Positions 53,075 to 60,990 of a stretch of DNA of 63,413 bases are shown piece by piece (positions within the stretch are counted from its first letter, which is position 1; every line of letters starts with the position of its first letter). The translations under genes and the position numbers were made by a program. The notes beneath the pieces were generated by a model, which was given only the letters and a program-made list of their open reading frames with translations, was not told the origin of the DNA and made no database searches. Source of the stretch: Nitrospinaceae bacterium (GTDB taxonomy: Bacteria > Nitrospinota > Nitrospinia > Nitrospinales > VA-1); NCBI GenBank assembly GCA_029261475.1, contig JAJDBG010000018.1, positions 1 to 63,413 of the forward strand. Direction: 5' to 3'.

Positions 53075-53371
53075 ATTTTTAATTTTTATTCAGTTGCAGT
53101 ATAGCCCAAAACAGCATGTTTTAACAGGCCATCTGTTTTGGCGGTTTTATCAGGCATGGCATTGCCGGTGTTTTCAAATAAAAAAGGGAAGCGTTGTTTT
53201 TTTCTGCTTCCCTTGGTTTTCGGAGGCAGTGGCCACCGTTTAACGCGTCCGGCTATCCCTGGCAGGTTGCTCCGCAGCAGTGCCTGCATCCGTTTAACCG
53301 GGTATTTTTAGTATAGCTAAAAAACTGCTTTTGGTAAATTTTTCCTGCGTAATTGTTAGGTCGGTGTGCTC

Positions 53372-53399
53372 TTGTCAATCCGGACAGATGGGGTATAAT
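53372..53399 (+). promoter_or_regulatory. Sigma-70-type promoter (TTGTCA-N16-TATAAT)
   Basis: -35 at 53372-53377 and -10 at 53394-53399. The ATG at 53407 lies about 7 nt after the -10, which implies a leaderless or near-leaderless mRNA. Confidence 0.5.
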
Positions 53400-53406
53400 A
53401 GAGTAT

Positions 53407-53598
53407 ATGGAGATACTTCACCAAAACGAAACGGAGCTGGAATATGTGCCGGTGCATGAGGATTTGGATATCGTTACTGAGATGCTCAAATACATTAGCC
53501 CGTATACACCAATCCCCGATATCGAGATGGTGCGGCGCGGATTAGAGCGTCAACTGCAGACAGTTGGGGCACTACCACACGAGGTAAAGAACAAGTAG
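53407..53598 (+). CDS. Hypothetical small protein
   Basis: The track ORF 53353..53598 starts at TTG and would contain its own promoter, so I prefer the ATG at 53407 (63 aa, MEILHQNETELEY...). Confidence 0.4.
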   Translation: MEILHQNETELEYVPVHEDLDIVTEMLKYISPYTPIPDIEMVRRGLERQLQTVGALPHEVKNK

Positions 53599-53673
53599 TT
53601 GTTTGTAGCCGCTACTCGTTTTTTTTGTGTTCTGTTCAGTTAGCTGATTGATTATTTGGTTACATAAAAAAGT

Positions 53674-53708
53674 CCCGTTTACCTATGTCGTAAACGGGAA
53701 GTTTTTTT
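53674..53708. terminator. Bidirectional rho-independent terminator
   Basis: CCCGTTTACCTATGTCGTAAACGGG, flanked by AAAAAAGT on the left and AAGTTTTTTT on the right. It lies between convergent genes. Confidence 0.75.
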
Positions 53709-53723
53709 GAGCCTGTAACGACT

Positions 53724-54134
53724 TTAGTCATCGGTCTCCGGCGGCTCATTGTTTTCTTGCGGAACATCAGCGTCTGGTGCCGGTGCGTTCTCGGCAATAT
53801 CGTTTTTGGTTTCCAGCATGGTCAGTCTTTCCCCTATCACTTCGGTCACCATACGCTGGTTGCCATTGTTGTCTTGCCAGGTACGGGTGCGCAGGCTGCC
53901 TTCGACATAGATTTTGCTGCCTTTCTTGAGATGCTCAGCAGCTATCTCAGCCAGTCGACGCCAGAGTACTACTCGGTGCCATTCAGTATGTTGCTGCTTA
54001 TCTTTATGGATTTCATTGGTGGCAATAGCCAGGGTGAGCACGTTGATGCTGTTCGGCGTTTGTTTGAGTTGCGGGTCAGCGCCCAGATTCCCTATCAGGG
54101 TGACGCGGTTCACAGAACCTTTTCCTATAGCCAT
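53724..54134 (-). CDS. ssb: Single-stranded DNA-binding protein
   Basis: 136 aa. OB-fold N-terminus VNRVTLIGNLGADPQLKQTPNS...HTEWHRVVLWRRLAE, with an acidic Pro-rich tail. Confidence 0.9.
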   Translation of the reverse strand: MAIGKGSVNRVTLIGNLGADPQLKQTPNSINVLTLAIATNEIHKDKQQHTEWHRVVLWRRLAEIAAEHLKKGSKIYVEGSLRTRTWQDNNGNQRMVTEVIGERLTMLETKNDIAENAPAPDADVPQENNEPPETDD

Positions 54135-54423
54135 AAGTTTTACCTCCTAAGTTTGGTTAATGACCTTTACTGCAAGTTTACAATGAAGACAAAAGGACGT
54201 CAACTACATGACAAACAATATGTTGTTTGCACTTCCACGTCAGACCCTACTTATGCTATACTAAAATCTCAAAAAAGCAAGAGGCGCAGGTCTTGCTCTG
54301 ATGCAGGCTGACGGCAAGTAGTCTGCAGCTACTCCTCGGGTTGCCATCCAATCCCAGGGGCGGTATGAATCCTGGGATGGTCAGGCTCTTGATGCCGCCA
54401 AGGCGTGCCTCATAAAAAAGAAT

Positions 54424-54448
54424 CCCCACCGGTAAGGTGGGGGTTTTT
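54424..54448. terminator. Rho-independent terminator (hairpin with A/T runs on both sides)
   Basis: CCCCACCGGTAAGGTGGGG, preceded by AAAAAAG and followed by TTTTT. It lies just downstream of the DUF2335 gene stop. Confidence 0.7.
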
Positions 54449-54459
54449 GTTTTGTATCG

Positions 54460-54915
54460 TTATTCTTGTGGCGTTTTGTGAGTGAGGGTTTGCAGGCGGG
54501 CTTGCCGTTCGTGCCGTTGTTGTTGCGAGCCGTAGACAAAGACACCGACCAATGATGCCAGGCCGCTGACGCCGATGATACTACCGACCAAGGCACTACC
54601 ATTGAACGCTGCCAGCGTTGCGGCCGTCAGTGCGGCCAGGCCAATCACCAACCCGAAAATCAGGCCGAGCCTGGAGTTGATGGTACGGGCGTGTACGACC
54701 CGGGCTTCAATTAGCTGGCGGTGGTTGGCTTGCCTTTCGGCCATAGCGACAATCTTACCGGCTGTGCCCGGCAGGAGCTGGTCATATTCTTTGAGAACTT
54801 TAGGCGAGGGTAACGGGCCGGCGGAAATTTCAGCGATGCTGATGGTATGCCGTAATTGGTTCGGGCGATGGTTAGAGATTGCTGGATTATTGTTGCTTCG
54901 CTCTATCTGATTCAT
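54460..54915 (-). CDS. DUF2335-family membrane protein
   Basis: 151 aa. LPSPKVLKEYDQLLPGTAGKIVAMAERQANHRQ followed by two TM helices. Confidence 0.65.
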   Translation of the reverse strand: MNQIERSNNNPAISNHRPNQLRHTISIAEISAGPLPSPKVLKEYDQLLPGTAGKIVAMAERQANHRQLIEARVVHARTINSRLGLIFGLVIGLAALTAATLAAFNGSALVGSIIGVSGLASLVGVFVYGSQQQRHERQARLQTLTHKTPQE

Positions 54916-55105
54916 ATTGTTTAATTGCAGTTTTCAAATCGGCACCGACGGCAAACCAGTCGTTGCGCATGGCAATTGTATCGGCCTGCTCCGGGCTCGG
55001 GCTATCGTTATAGTCATCCAGGGTTGCGCCCAAATCCAGGGTTCTGGCCATACCCTCGGTAAAGGATGGCAAAGCTGATATATAGTATGTATAGTTGTGG
55101 TTCAT
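54887..55105 (-). CDS. Hypothetical small protein
   Basis: 72-aa ORF overlapping the DUF2335 gene start by 29 nt. Confidence 0.45.
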   Translation of the reverse strand: MNHNYTYYISALPSFTEGMARTLDLGATLDDYNDSPSPEQADTIAMRNDWFAVGADLKTAIKQYESDRAKQQ

Positions 55106-55187
55106 AGTTTTAGAATTTAGTTCTTTTAGGCTATCATGTTCCCGGGATATTGTCCACTTTCATTTGGGTGTTATTTTATCAGGCGTT

Positions 55188-56468
55188 TTATTGCAAAAAT
55201 TGGCTGATTTTGGCTTCGACCTGAGCACGCGGCCGACCATAGCGTTGACGTGACGCCTGTAACAGTTGCTCTTTAGTAATGGCTAAATCCAAAACAGGTG
55301 ATGTGGGCGGTGGTATCGTCACGCCTTGATAAGGTTTTTGCACGGTACCATTATGCATGAGTTTAGTGTAGATTTCGTAGGGATTGAGGTTGACCAGGTT
55401 GGTGATTGGCCAATCCTGGCCAAATTCTTTTCCGAAGGTTTCCGCATCTTCAGCGCCGAGCCGGAACAGCACCAGGGTACCAATGTTGGCCAGTACGGAA
55501 TTGCGAATATTGTCGGTGAGCTGGTCAAGATACTGATGCGCCAGGATAAAGCTTAAGCGATATTTCCTGATTTCCGAAAGAGCACCGGCAAAGGCGTCGG
55601 TGGTGAAATTTTGAAATTCATCAATATAGAGATAGAAGTCGCGGCGCTGGTGTTCGGGCTGGTTAGCTCTGGCCATGGCTGCTTGCTGCAGACCAGAGAC
55701 GATGAAACAGCCCAACAGGTTGGCGGCTTCTTCACCGAGCCTGCCTTTGGCCAGGTTGACGATGAGGATGCTTTTTTGGTTGATGATATTGTCAAAATGA
55801 ATGGTGCTCGAGCTTTGGCCGAGGATATTGCGCAACGGCCGGTTGCTCAGGTAAGCGCCGATTTTGTTTTGCACCGGCGAGATGACTTCCGTGCGCATGC
55901 GTTCGGGAAAGGCAGCAAACTCTTTTTCCCAGTAGTGCCGCACAAACGGGTCATTGATATTGTTTACCAGACGCAGCCGATATTTTTCGTCGGTCAGAAG
56001 TCTGGGGATGGTGAGCAAAGTGCTACCCGGATTTTCCAACAAAGCCAAGAGTGTATTGCGTAAGAGATAGGCCATGCGCGGTCCCCACGAATCGTGCCAG
56101 ATTTTTTGAAAAATCGATAGCAGATTTTCAGCCACCAGGTGGCGTTCGTTTTCTTTGACTTGTCCCAACAGATTCAAGGCCACTGGGTAGTCCAAATCCG
56201 TCGGATTGATATAAACCAGATGCTTGCGCCTGCTTTGCGGGATAAACGGCAGCACCGCCTCGGCCAGGTCGCCATGCGGGTCGATGAGACCGACACCGCG
56301 ACCGGCCTGGATGTCCTGCACCAACTTGTTGAGTAAGAGGCTCGATTTACCGGTACCGGTTCTGCCGGTAGTCAGGAAATGAAAACGCCGGTCGGATTGG
56401 GCGATTCCGATTTTCTGATTGTTATTCGCCCAGTCCTGGGCAAAGTAGGTGAATTCCTGCGCCGACAT
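55188..56468 (-). CDS. TraD/VirD4-like or HerA/FtsK-superfamily P-loop ATPase (no TM region)
   Basis: 426 aa. Walker A TGRTGTGKSSLL, Walker B FYLYIDEFQNF. Confidence 0.65.
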   Translation of the reverse strand: MSAQEFTYFAQDWANNNQKIGIAQSDRRFHFLTTGRTGTGKSSLLLNKLVQDIQAGRGVGLIDPHGDLAEAVLPFIPQSRRKHLVYINPTDLDYPVALNLLGQVKENERHLVAENLLSIFQKIWHDSWGPRMAYLLRNTLLALLENPGSTLLTIPRLLTDEKYRLRLVNNINDPFVRHYWEKEFAAFPERMRTEVISPVQNKIGAYLSNRPLRNILGQSSSTIHFDNIINQKSILIVNLAKGRLGEEAANLLGCFIVSGLQQAAMARANQPEHQRRDFYLYIDEFQNFTTDAFAGALSEIRKYRLSFILAHQYLDQLTDNIRNSVLANIGTLVLFRLGAEDAETFGKEFGQDWPITNLVNLNPYEIYTKLMHNGTVQKPYQGVTIPPPTSPVLDLAITKEQLLQASRQRYGRPRAQVEAKISQFLQ

Positions 56469-56480
56469 TTTTTATTCTAT

Positions 56481-57332
56481 TTAGTGGTTTGAGTATCTAG
56501 GTTCTTGCGGGTATTGCTCGCCATCTTCCTGTCGGTCAGATGTCTCCGGGTAAATAGGTGGTGTAGGTTGTTCAGCCTCGTCCTCGATAGGTCTGGATGA
56601 TAAATCCGCACTATTGTTTTCCGGCTGCACCATCTCGAACGGAACATCTTTTTCAAGCGAAGCTTCGGGTTTGTCCGCTTGTTGTTCCTCCACTGTCTCT
56701 TTCGGCGCTTGTAACAGGCGTAACTCGGTTTCCAATGACCCGATGCGGTGACTCTTGTTATTCAATTCTTCAATGAATTGATTTTGGGTTTCATGCATGC
56801 GCTCGATATAAACGTCCTTGTACTTGTTGGCTATTTCCAGGTCACGGTTATTGGCTTCCAACTGTTTGATTTTTTCTTTCACGTCCGGAGCATCCGGCTT
56901 TTCGGCTGGGTTCGGAACACTTCGGAAATCATTTGCTTCAGTTCCGAACCTTTCCGAATCGTTCCGGTTGTTTTCGGAAGCATTCTGAGGGGTTTCCGAA
57001 TAGGCAGTTTGCCCTTGTAATTTCAGCTTATTTAGCTCTTCACCAATGACCTGGTCGACGGAATTTTGGGTGATGTAATATTTATTGTCGTTGGTTTCAA
57101 AATAGCAGTCGAGGCGGGTGATGCCTTGCCGGTTGGCATGGCACCAGTTGATGATACTGCGTTCGGTGCGGGGAACCCCTGCATTTTCCAACAATTTTGC
57201 CACTTCACGCACGGTCAAAATATGTTCGGCTGTCTTTTCCGAAACGGTCGGAACGTTTCCGAAGTTTTCGGAAGTTGGGTTTTGTTGTTTCCGAACTTTG
57301 CGGAAGGGTTCGGAAGCTTGTTTCTTGGTCAT
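56481..57332 (-). CDS. Hypothetical HTH and coiled-coil protein; the 5-prime third carries phased heptamer arrays, so the start codon is uncertain
   Basis: 283-aa ORF. HTH-like ILTVREVAKLLENAGVPRTERSIINW, a central coiled coil and an acidic tail. TTG/GTG codons near 57222 are alternative starts. Confidence 0.55.
   Translation of the reverse strand: MTKKQASEPFRKVRKQQNPTSENFGNVPTVSEKTAEHILTVREVAKLLENAGVPRTERSIINWCHANRQGITRLDCYFETNDNKYYITQNSVDQVIGEELNKLKLQGQTAYSETPQNASENNRNDSERFGTEANDFRSVPNPAEKPDAPDVKEKIKQLEANNRDLEIANKYKDVYIERMHETQNQFIEELNNKSHRIGSLETELRLLQAPKETVEEQQADKPEASLEKDVPFEMVQPENNSADLSSRPIEDEAEQPTPPIYPETSDRQEDGEQYPQEPRYSNH
56910..57000. repeat. Array 1 of TTC(C/G)GAA heptamers, about 10.5-bp phased
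   Basis: Starts at 56910, 56920, 56941, 56951, 56961 (one mismatch), 56972 and 56993. Both orientations occur. Confidence 0.85.
57237..57316. repeat. Array 2 of TTC(C/G)GAA heptamers, about 10.5-bp phased
   Basis: Starts at 57237, 57247 (one mismatch), 57257, 57267, 57289, 57299 (one mismatch) and 57309. Confidence 0.85.
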
Positions 57333-57513
57333 GTTGATAATGTACCACCTCTGCTCAAAATGTCAAAACCGGCACCCTTAGTTGGGCTAGGACATCATGT
57401 TATTCGTGCGAGATTAAGCTGTATGCGGTTTTTCGTTGCTTTGGGTAGAAAGATGCCATTCCGCAAAATTGCGATGCAAATAAGGCTGGTTATTTCGGTT
57501 TGGATTTTTGGTT

Positions 57514-57542
57514 TTGGCGACCGGTTCCGGGTGTGTTATAAT
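57514..57542 (+). promoter_or_regulatory. Sigma-70-type promoter with extended -10 (TTGGCG-N17-TATAAT)
   Basis: -35 at 57514-57519, TGT immediately before the -10 at 57537-57542. It faces the HTH_36 gene. Confidence 0.5.
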
Positions 57543-57649
57543 GAAAAAGCCAGGTCGGAAAACCTGGCGGTCGATATTAAGCTCGAAAACGAGCGCTTCT
57601 TTTATTATTTACACTGTATCATGGCGGAAATTTCGCGTCAACCGGTGCG

Positions 57650-58060
57650 GTGCGAATAACAACACATGCTCTTATGTCACAAGAAACAGGATTTACTAAT
57701 CTCAAAGACGTACTGTCGCAGCGCACGATTATTTTCGAAGGCGCAGACCCGGTGTCTGCCGGTGGTTTTACGCAGGTGCCGAATTGTGTGTTGGAAAACA
57801 GCAAACTATCGGCCGGGGCGAAACTAGCTTATGCCATGCTGTTAAAATATGCCTGGCAGAATGATTACTGTTTTCCCGGCCAGGAAAGGCTGGCTAAGGA
57901 TATGGGCGCCGGTAAAAGAAGTGTGGTGCGGTTTATGGCGGAATTAGAGAAGCATGGGTTCGTAACTATCAAGCGCCGCGGCCAGGGTAAGACCAATGTT
58001 TATGAAGTACATTTTCAAACTAAAAAATCTGTGGATAAAAAAAGGCGTGACACATCTTGA
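57650..58060 (+). CDS. HTH_36-type (replication-initiator-like) winged-helix protein
   Basis: FTQVPNCVLENSKLSAGAKLAYAMLLKYAWQNDYCFPGQERLAKDMGAGKRSVVRFMAELEKHGFV. The track start is GTG; the ATG at 57674 (MSQETG) is the more likely start. Confidence 0.7.
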   Translation: MRITTHALMSQETGFTNLKDVLSQRTIIFEGADPVSAGGFTQVPNCVLENSKLSAGAKLAYAMLLKYAWQNDYCFPGQERLAKDMGAGKRSVVRFMAELEKHGFVTIKRRGQGKTNVYEVHFQTKKSVDKKRRDTS

Positions 58061-58062
58061 AG

Positions 58063-58122
58063 TGCCAGATTGGCATTTCTTAAGGTGCCAGATTGCGACT
58101 TCTAATAGTGCCGGTTTGGCAC
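58063..58122 (+). repeat. Three iteron-like repeats, about 22-bp period, next to an AT-rich tract
   Basis: GTGCCAGATTGGCA (58063-58076), GTGCCAGATTGCGA (58085-58098), GTGCCGGTTTGGCAC (58108-58122), then AATAATATATAGATAAATATATA. Confidence 0.65.
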
Positions 58123-58403
58123 GCTAATAATATATAGATAAATATATACAGTTAAGAATATTCAGTTTTAGGGATTTTAAAAAATAATTGAGGATAATTG
58201 CCTAAAATTGAATAAAATCGTCTTCACAATCATTTCAACTATGTAGGAAATATCCCATCCAAGCTTGGAATCCGTGCCCCTACAAATTAAAACGCTAAAA
58301 ATCCATGCTCCAATCCGCAAAATGTTGTTGAAAGTGGTATAATTCCTTTGTTCTATCGGTCACTGACTACATTTTGTTTATAAACACTATATTATGAGAA
58401 AAT

Positions 58404-59009
58404 ATGAACGATGCTAAACTACAGAAATGGGAAACTAATAATTCCAAATATCTTGTCAATAATCAGTGGTTAAAATTGCGAGCTGACTCCTGTACAACGC
58501 TGGATGGTAAAACTATTGAACCTTTTTACGTATTTGAATATCCAGACTGGGTAAACTGCCTAGTCGTTGATGATAATTACCACGTTATCATGGTTAAGCA
58601 TTACCGCCGCGGCTTAGACGAATACGTGCCAGAACTCATAAGCGGCGGGCTTGAAAAGGACGATGCTTCACCGAAAGAAGGTATGAAGCGAGAATTGGAA
58701 GAAGAGATAGGTTATATTGGCGGCGAAGTATTCCAAACCGGTGTAAGCTACCCCAACCCCGCCAGCCATACGAATAAAGTCTACTCATTCCTTGCGATTG
58801 GGGGCAGCTGTAAACAAGCACAGAAACTTGAAGCGGGTGAGAACTTACATGTGTTTAAATTCCACCTTCGTGATTTAGTACCGATTATCGAAGATAAAAA
58901 GTCAGGGGCAATTTATCAAAGTTTACATTTGGCTTCGATACTTTTTGCTCTAGCCTTTATAAAACACTCCACAATAACCGCAGTGCAAAAATTGAAACAG
59001 TTTGTGTAA
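58404..59009 (+). CDS. NUDIX hydrolase
   Basis: 201 aa. Nudix box GGLEKDDASPKEGMKRELEEEIGY. Confidence 0.85.
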   Translation: MNDAKLQKWETNNSKYLVNNQWLKLRADSCTTLDGKTIEPFYVFEYPDWVNCLVVDDNYHVIMVKHYRRGLDEYVPELISGGLEKDDASPKEGMKRELEEEIGYIGGEVFQTGVSYPNPASHTNKVYSFLAIGGSCKQAQKLEAGENLHVFKFHLRDLVPIIEDKKSGAIYQSLHLASILFALAFIKHSTITAVQKLKQFV

Positions 59010-59012
59010 AGT

Positions 59013-59804
59013 TTACACAACGAGGCTGATTAAAAAGTTAACTACCTCTTTACTGCCAACAGCCACAGCCCTTTTCTTGTTCCCTATATCCTCGGTCCGG
59101 ACTGTCGCCCCCGCTTCTTGGGCAATAATGAGCCCAGCCGCTATATCAGTATACTTATCCTGGGTAAGCCCCCAACTAAAATAAGCTCCAAAATGACCCT
59201 GGGTCAACCAAGCCAGAGAAAGCGACCCAACACCCAAAGCACGAACCCTGTAAAAAGAATTGAATAATTGAGCCAGCAACGCGTTTTGCTTTGACCTTTC
59301 TTGCTCTGTCGGCTGAGGCATAAAGAAATCAATAGCGAGTTGCAGATACTCAGTGTCCTGCGCATCAGTAGGAATAATAACAGGTTGCCCGTTCAGGTAG
59401 GCACCTCCACCGGCTTTAGCGATATACATTTGTTTTGTAACTGGATTATAGATTATTCCAAAAACGGGACTATCATTCCTCATTAAACTTGCTGTTACGC
59501 TCCATAGAGGAATTCCCTTGGCAAAGTTTTTAGTTCCATCAATGGGATCAATTTGCCATATATAGTGGCCTTGCCCCTCACTGGTCAGTTCTGGAAATTC
59601 CTCTCCCTTAAAACCAAATTTTGGAAAGTTAGTTTTGCAGAATTTATGGAATTGACCTTCTATCCGGAGATCAATATTAGTAGAAAGGTCTCTTCCTCGA
59701 TCTTTATATTTTATAATATTAAAGTCTTTCCAATGCTCCAGGGCGTCGTCACCGGCACTTTTCACAAATTGTTCAACTTTAGTAAAGTCAATTTTTTCAA
59801 ACAT
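59013..59804 (-). CDS. Inositol monophosphatase-family phosphatase
   Basis: 263 aa. WQIDPIDGTKNF, plus the C-terminal motif context ALGVGSLSLAWLTQGHFGAY. Confidence 0.8.
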   Translation of the reverse strand: MFEKIDFTKVEQFVKSAGDDALEHWKDFNIIKYKDRGRDLSTNIDLRIEGQFHKFCKTNFPKFGFKGEEFPELTSEGQGHYIWQIDPIDGTKNFAKGIPLWSVTASLMRNDSPVFGIIYNPVTKQMYIAKAGGGAYLNGQPVIIPTDAQDTEYLQLAIDFFMPQPTEQERSKQNALLAQLFNSFYRVRALGVGSLSLAWLTQGHFGAYFSWGLTQDKYTDIAAGLIIAQEAGATVRTEDIGNKKRAVAVGSKEVVNFLISLVV

Positions 59805-59823
59805 AACAAATGTTTAAGTACTC

Positions 59824-60990
59824 TTAGTTAAGACTATATTTTCCTTTACTTCGTTCTATTATCTCCAGGTGCTCATTTGCTCTAAGAATGAAACGCAGAA
59901 GCAAAGGAAGTGCTACATTTTTATTTATGGTGGGTATAAAAGTGTGAGCGCATGAAAAAGCATGTAAATTGGCCACGAAGGATGATCTTTCAATAAGCAA
60001 TGGATCCTTCGAGATATTAGCGGCAAAAACTTGGGACAGGACATCTTTTACAATAATCTGCAAAATACTTTGTACTCTTGCAACCCTATCTTTGTCTCCA
60101 GAATGCCACAAGTCACTAACCTGGATATACTCATTGTTCATTTCTACATGAGGCGAAGAAAGTTTTTTTTCGAGAAGCAGGTCTAAATAATCTAGGGAAA
60201 GAATAAACTTACCTAAGTCATATGCCATATCACCACCGGTCTGGAAGCCGTTTGGGTCAAAGAATAAAGGGAGAGAGTCAATATCCTTTATAAAAATATT
60301 ACCCAAGTGCGGATCCCCATGGATTAGGCACATTGAGTGTTCGGAAGGTAGTATCAAGTTACTAAGTTTGTGGTGGACAGACAACTTGCGCAAGATCTCC
60401 AGTGGGGTCAGCAGCTCTTTGCCATTGATATATATGATTGGTCGATGAACAACATTTGAAAAAAAATTTTCCAACTGTGCCCGTGTTAACGAATCAACAG
60501 TGCCGGAGATTGGTAAGTACTCATTATTTGCTCTAGCATATTTTGATAATCGTGAGGAAACTCGTTTGAAATAATATTTATCTTTAAAAAAATGAGGAGT
60601 TTCTAGTGACTTGGCGTTAAATAGGATTTCTTTTAATACTTTGAAAATATTTTCTATTTCATTAACCGCCGAGGTTACGCTGCCGCAATCATTGAATATT
60701 TTCCGCCTAAGTGACATACCGGGATAGTAGGGCATGTCATAATAATACGCATCGCCAGGTTTATAGTCATTCGTTTGGCCTATTATTTCTGGGAAGTACT
60801 TTCGCGCAGCTTGGGGCAAAATTTCACTTATAAATTTAACTTCTTGCCGAAGTTTTTGACTTCCTAAGTGGGGAGAGGTTTTTCTTACGAAAGACTTATT
60901 ACCGGGACCAAGATACAGGGTCAGTTCCGTGTATTCTCCTTTATGCAAGAGGGTGCGGTTCTCGGGAGTCATTTGGGTGGAGTTTAACAT
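59824..60990 (-). CDS. APH/choline-kinase-fold phosphotransferase
   Basis: 388 aa. LIHGDPHLGNIFI ... FFDPNG ... GGDMAYDLGKF. The start shares 1 nt with the DXS-like stop (TAATG). Confidence 0.7.
   Translation of the reverse strand: MLNSTQMTPENRTLLHKGEYTELTLYLGPGNKSFVRKTSPHLGSQKLRQEVKFISEILPQAARKYFPEIIGQTNDYKPGDAYYYDMPYYPGMSLRRKIFNDCGSVTSAVNEIENIFKVLKEILFNAKSLETPHFFKDKYYFKRVSSRLSKYARANNEYLPISGTVDSLTRAQLENFFSNVVHRPIIYINGKELLTPLEILRKLSVHHKLSNLILPSEHSMCLIHGDPHLGNIFIKDIDSLPLFFDPNGFQTGGDMAYDLGKFILSLDYLDLLLEKKLSSPHVEMNNEYIQVSDLWHSGDKDRVARVQSILQIIVKDVLSQVFAANISKDPLLIERSSFVANLHAFSCAHTFIPTINKNVALPLLLRFILRANEHLEIIERSKGKYSLN

Noticed and set aside
52088-53104. Plus-strand ORFs including a 177-aa one antisense to the methyltransferase and zinc-ribbon genes
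   Set aside because: They have no motifs, and the opposite strand carries motif I and PPY motif IV.
53757-54311. 184-aa and 78-aa plus-strand ORFs antisense to ssb
   Set aside because: The ssb frame is unambiguous; these are shadows.
57066-57659. 197-aa plus-strand ORF antisense to the HTH/coiled-coil gene and spanning the divergent promoter region
   Set aside because: It crosses an intergenic region that contains a good promoter. Its translation is Gly/Phe-rich because it reads the heptamer arrays.
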